Below, one piece after another: positions 41,462 to 43,721 of a stretch of DNA of 43,721 nucleotides. The notes under the pieces were generated by a model. That model saw only the letters and a list, made by a program, of their open reading frames with translations, was not told the DNA's origin and ran no database searches. Positions within the stretch are counted from its first letter, which is position 1. Each line of letters begins with the position of its first letter. Source of the stretch: a bacterium (GTDB lineage: Bacteria; Patescibacteriota; Minisyncoccia; 2-02-FULL-40-12; IGHO2-12-FULL-4). Location of the stretch: contig JAUYPS010000048.1 of NCBI GenBank assembly GCA_030695705.1, positions 1 through 43,721 on the forward strand, given 5' to 3'. The position numbers were made by a program, and so were the translations under genes.

Positions 41462-43656
41462 TATTCGAAGTGGCGGATTTTTTGGAATTGGGCCAGTTGA
41501 TTTTTGAGTAAAGGATAAGATGATAATCCCGGATCTTCTTTAAGTAAAAGCTTGGCTTCTAACCGGGCTTTTTTTATTAATTCTAAATCAGTCAGAGAGG
41601 CCATAGCCAGATCCGGCATTCCGGATTGTTTGTTTCCGGTAAATTCTCCCGGTCCGCGTAATTTCAAGTCCTCTTCAGCTAACTGGAATCCGTCTTCACA
41701 ATTTTCCAAACATTTGAGCCGTTTATTTTCGAAGCGATTATCTCCGCCGTTGACCAAAAGGCAGGAGGACTGATGTTCAGCGCGTCCGACTCGCCCGCGG
41801 AATTGATGAAGCTGGGCCAGGCCAAATCTTTCCGCATTCTCAATTAGCATGACCGAAGCGTTGGGGATATCGACACCCACTTCCACTACGGAAGTGGAGA
41901 CCAGAATGTCGTAAAAGCCGTTTTTGAATCCGGCCATTATTTTTTCTTTTTCTTTTGGTTTCATTTTTCCGTGAAGCATGGCAATTTTAAACTGCGGAAA
42001 AATCTTTTTAGAAAGCTTTTCGTATTCTTCGGTGACGGCTTTTACTTCCGACCAAAGCACATTCATTTTGTCTTTGCCGTTTTTGGCTTTTATTGTTTCT
42101 TGGGGGTTAGCCAGTTCAATGCGGGGACAGATTACAAAGATCTGCCGGCCAGCTTTTATCTCTTTTTCCAGAAATTGATAGGCCTTTTGTTCCTGATTTT
42201 TTGCAATTACTTTAGTCGTAATTTTTTTGCGATTTTTTGGTTTTTCTTTAATCAAAGAAATATCCAGATCTCCATAAATAGTTAGGGCCAGAGTGCGGGG
42301 GATAGGAGTGGCCGTCATACTCAAGAGATGCGGAACGTGGGCGGAGTTTTTAAGCAGAGCGGCCCGCTGTTCAACTCCAAATCGATGCTGTTCATCTAAA
42401 ATTGCCAATCCTAGTTCTTTGAATCTGACATCTTTTTGGATAACTGCATGCGTGCCGATTAAAATCCCGATTTCTCCTTTGGCAATTTTTTCTTGCATTA
42501 TTTTCTTGCTTACTTTTTTCTCTAGACCGTTACGGCTAAATCGGGCCTCACTTCCGGTAAGTAGCCCAATTACTAAACCAGGCAAGTCAGCCGTATGCCC
42601 ACTCGAAAATTCCCGAGCGACAAGTCGAGGGTCGAGAGTGGGTGGTATGGCTGATTTGCCTAATAAAGAAGTTATTGTGCCGAAGTGTTGGCGGGCCAGA
42701 ATCTCGGTCGGAGCCATAAAGACCGCCTGTTTTTTTTGGCGGGCTGTTTGGTAAGCAGCTGTTAAGGCCACCACGGTTTTACCAGAGCCAACGTCTCCAT
42801 TCAAAAGACGGTTCATGGGGTATTTTTTTTCCAGATCTTTTAGAATCTCAAAGGTCGCTATTTTTTGGTCGCCGGTCAGTTCAAAGGGCAAAGAATCAAC
42901 AAAACTTTTTACTTTTTGCGGTTCAAATTTTATGGGGACAGATTTTAGCTGCAAAGCTTGCCGGCGACTGGCAATTGATTTTAATTGGAATAAAAATAAT
43001 TCCTCAAAAGCCATTCTTTGTCTTGACTGTTTTGCCTCTTCTGGAGAATCCGGGAAATGGATACTTTTGACGGCGGAATTAAGTGAAGGGAAATCATATT
43101 TTTCTAGAACGTGTTTCGGCAAGGGATCAGATGAAATGTCCACAGCAGATAAGAGGGGCTTTATTAAAAAACGGAGATATTTAGAAGTTACTCCTTCTGT
43201 TTCCGGGTAGACCGGAACAAGTCGGCCGGTATGAGTCGGAAAGTTAGAGGTGAGTTTTTCGTAAGCGGGATTAGAAAGGTATAATCCGTGCTTATCTAAA
43301 GATGTTTTTCCAGAAATACTGACCCGGGTCTCTAAAGGAAGGGAATTTTCCAGATAGGGCTGATTGAACCAGATCGCCCGCACCACTCCGCTGTGATCCT
43401 GAACGAAGGCCTCCGTTACCGATCTTCTGTGCCACAAAGAAGTTGTTTTTATTTTTATAATCTCTCCTTGCAGAGAAACTATTTCCCCGGGTTCACGGAT
43501 TTCTTCCGCCGGTACTTGCCGTCTATAATCTTCGTAGCGATGAGGAAAATGCCATAACAAACCCCTGACTGTTTCAATGCCGAGTTTTTTTAGGCGCGGC
43601 AAATTTTTTGATCCTACCCCGGAAAGTTTTTCGATGGGAGTATCGAGAGGAAGCAT
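41461..43656 (-). CDS. recG: ATP-dependent DNA helicase RecG, carrying an in-frame palindromic-element insertion
   Basis: 731 aa. N-terminus LSGVGSKNLPRLKKLGIETVRGLLWHFPHRYEDY, wedge domain, and helicase motifs GDVGSGKT, DEQHRFGV, MTATPIPRT and QLHQFRGRVGR. Confidence 0.95.
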   Translation of the reverse strand: MLPLDTPIEKLSGVGSKNLPRLKKLGIETVRGLLWHFPHRYEDYRRQVPAEEIREPGEIVSLQGEIIKIKTTSLWHRRSVTEAFVQDHSGVVRAIWFNQPYLENSLPLETRVSISGKTSLDKHGLYLSNPAYEKLTSNFPTHTGRLVPVYPETEGVTSKYLRFLIKPLLSAVDISSDPLPKHVLEKYDFPSLNSAVKSIHFPDSPEEAKQSRQRMAFEELFLFQLKSIASRRQALQLKSVPIKFEPQKVKSFVDSLPFELTGDQKIATFEILKDLEKKYPMNRLLNGDVGSGKTVVALTAAYQTARQKKQAVFMAPTEILARQHFGTITSLLGKSAIPPTLDPRLVAREFSSGHTADLPGLVIGLLTGSEARFSRNGLEKKVSKKIMQEKIAKGEIGILIGTHAVIQKDVRFKELGLAILDEQHRFGVEQRAALLKNSAHVPHLLSMTATPIPRTLALTIYGDLDISLIKEKPKNRKKITTKVIAKNQEQKAYQFLEKEIKAGRQIFVICPRIELANPQETIKAKNGKDKMNVLWSEVKAVTEEYEKLSKKIFPQFKIAMLHGKMKPKEKEKIMAGFKNGFYDILVSTSVVEVGVDIPNASVMLIENAERFGLAQLHQFRGRVGRAEHQSSCLLVNGGDNRFENKRLKCLENCEDGFQLAEEDLKLRGPGEFTGNKQSGMPDLAMASLTDLELIKKARLEAKLLLKEDPGLSSYPLLKNQLAQFQKIRHFE
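42572..42649. repeat. Family A palindromic element, copy A3 (78 bp, in frame inside recG, antisense orientation relative to the gene)
   Basis: gcaagtcagccgtatgcccactcgaaaattcccgagcgacaagtcgagggtcgagagtgggtggtatggctgatttgc. On the recG strand it is translated as (G)KSAIPPTLDPRLVAREFSSGHTADL(P). Confidence 0.9.
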
Positions 43657-43666
43657 GGTCTTATTA

Positions 43667-43721
43667 GCAAATCAGCCATACACCCACTCGAAAATTCCCG
43701 AGCGACAAGTCGAGGGTCGAG
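43667..43721. repeat. Family A palindromic element, copy A4 (left part; truncated by window end)
   Basis: gcaaatcagccatacacccactcgaaaattcccgagcgacaagtcgagggtcgag. It begins 10 nt beyond the recG start codon, i.e. in the recG 5' leader. Confidence 0.85.

Noticed and set aside
42572-42649. Are the insertions in recG and tsaE a mini-intein or a self-splicing intron?
   Set aside because: At 26 codons they are far too short for an intein, with no Cys/Ser...His-Asn splice junction blocks, and too short for a group I or II intron. The palindromic DNA structure and the intergenic copies point to a repeat element instead. RNA-level excision cannot be excluded without transcript data.
1-43721. An alternative genetic code (UGA recoding, as in some candidate phyla).
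   Set aside because: Genes end cleanly at TGA, TAA and TAG with overlapping ATGA junctions. No conserved gene requires read-through of an in-frame stop.

Overview
This is a 43.7-kb chromosomal segment from an uncultivated bacterium. It uses the standard genetic code, and genes are dense and mostly on the + strand. The housekeeping set (rpsO, pnp, comM/yifB, yraN, tsaE, polA, a DUF3048 gene, holA, recG, xerC-like, LysM-M23 peptidase, 2-Cys peroxiredoxin) resembles candidate-phyla (Patescibacteria-like) genomes. A TonB-dependent-receptor-like barrel at the left edge and a possibly beta-barrel-type pseudogene make the phylum call uncertain.

The most unusual signal seen directly in the sequence is an invasion by at least eight unrelated palindromic/foldback repeat families, called A-H here. 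Three of these families sit inside essential genes without breaking the reading frame:
- Family A (78 bp) is in tsaE and recG, translated in opposite orientations.
- Family B (39 bp) occurs twice in polA and once in holA.
- Family C (a 40-bp perfect palindrome) is in holA.

Other copies lie at gene ends, in a 5' UTR, directly upstream of the recG start, and between a Phd-like antitoxin and a RelE-like toxin. This resembles Rickettsia palindromic elements. No transposase is visible in the window.

Other notable content:
- A compact prkA - yeaH(DUF444) - spoVR - second prkA-like ATPase cluster.
- A somewhat GC-richer accessory islet with its own near-consensus promoter, a glycine-zipper protein and a frameshifted secreted-protein gene.
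- Decayed MazF-like and AbiEii-like toxin genes.
- A 1207-aa PKD-repeat surface protein.
- An 8-bp tandem array.
- A perfect 16-bp tandem duplication covering the start codon of a processive GT2 glycosyltransferase.

No rRNA, convincing tRNA, CRISPR array, reverse transcriptase or recognisable defence system was found. All homology calls come from reading motifs by eye, not from searches.
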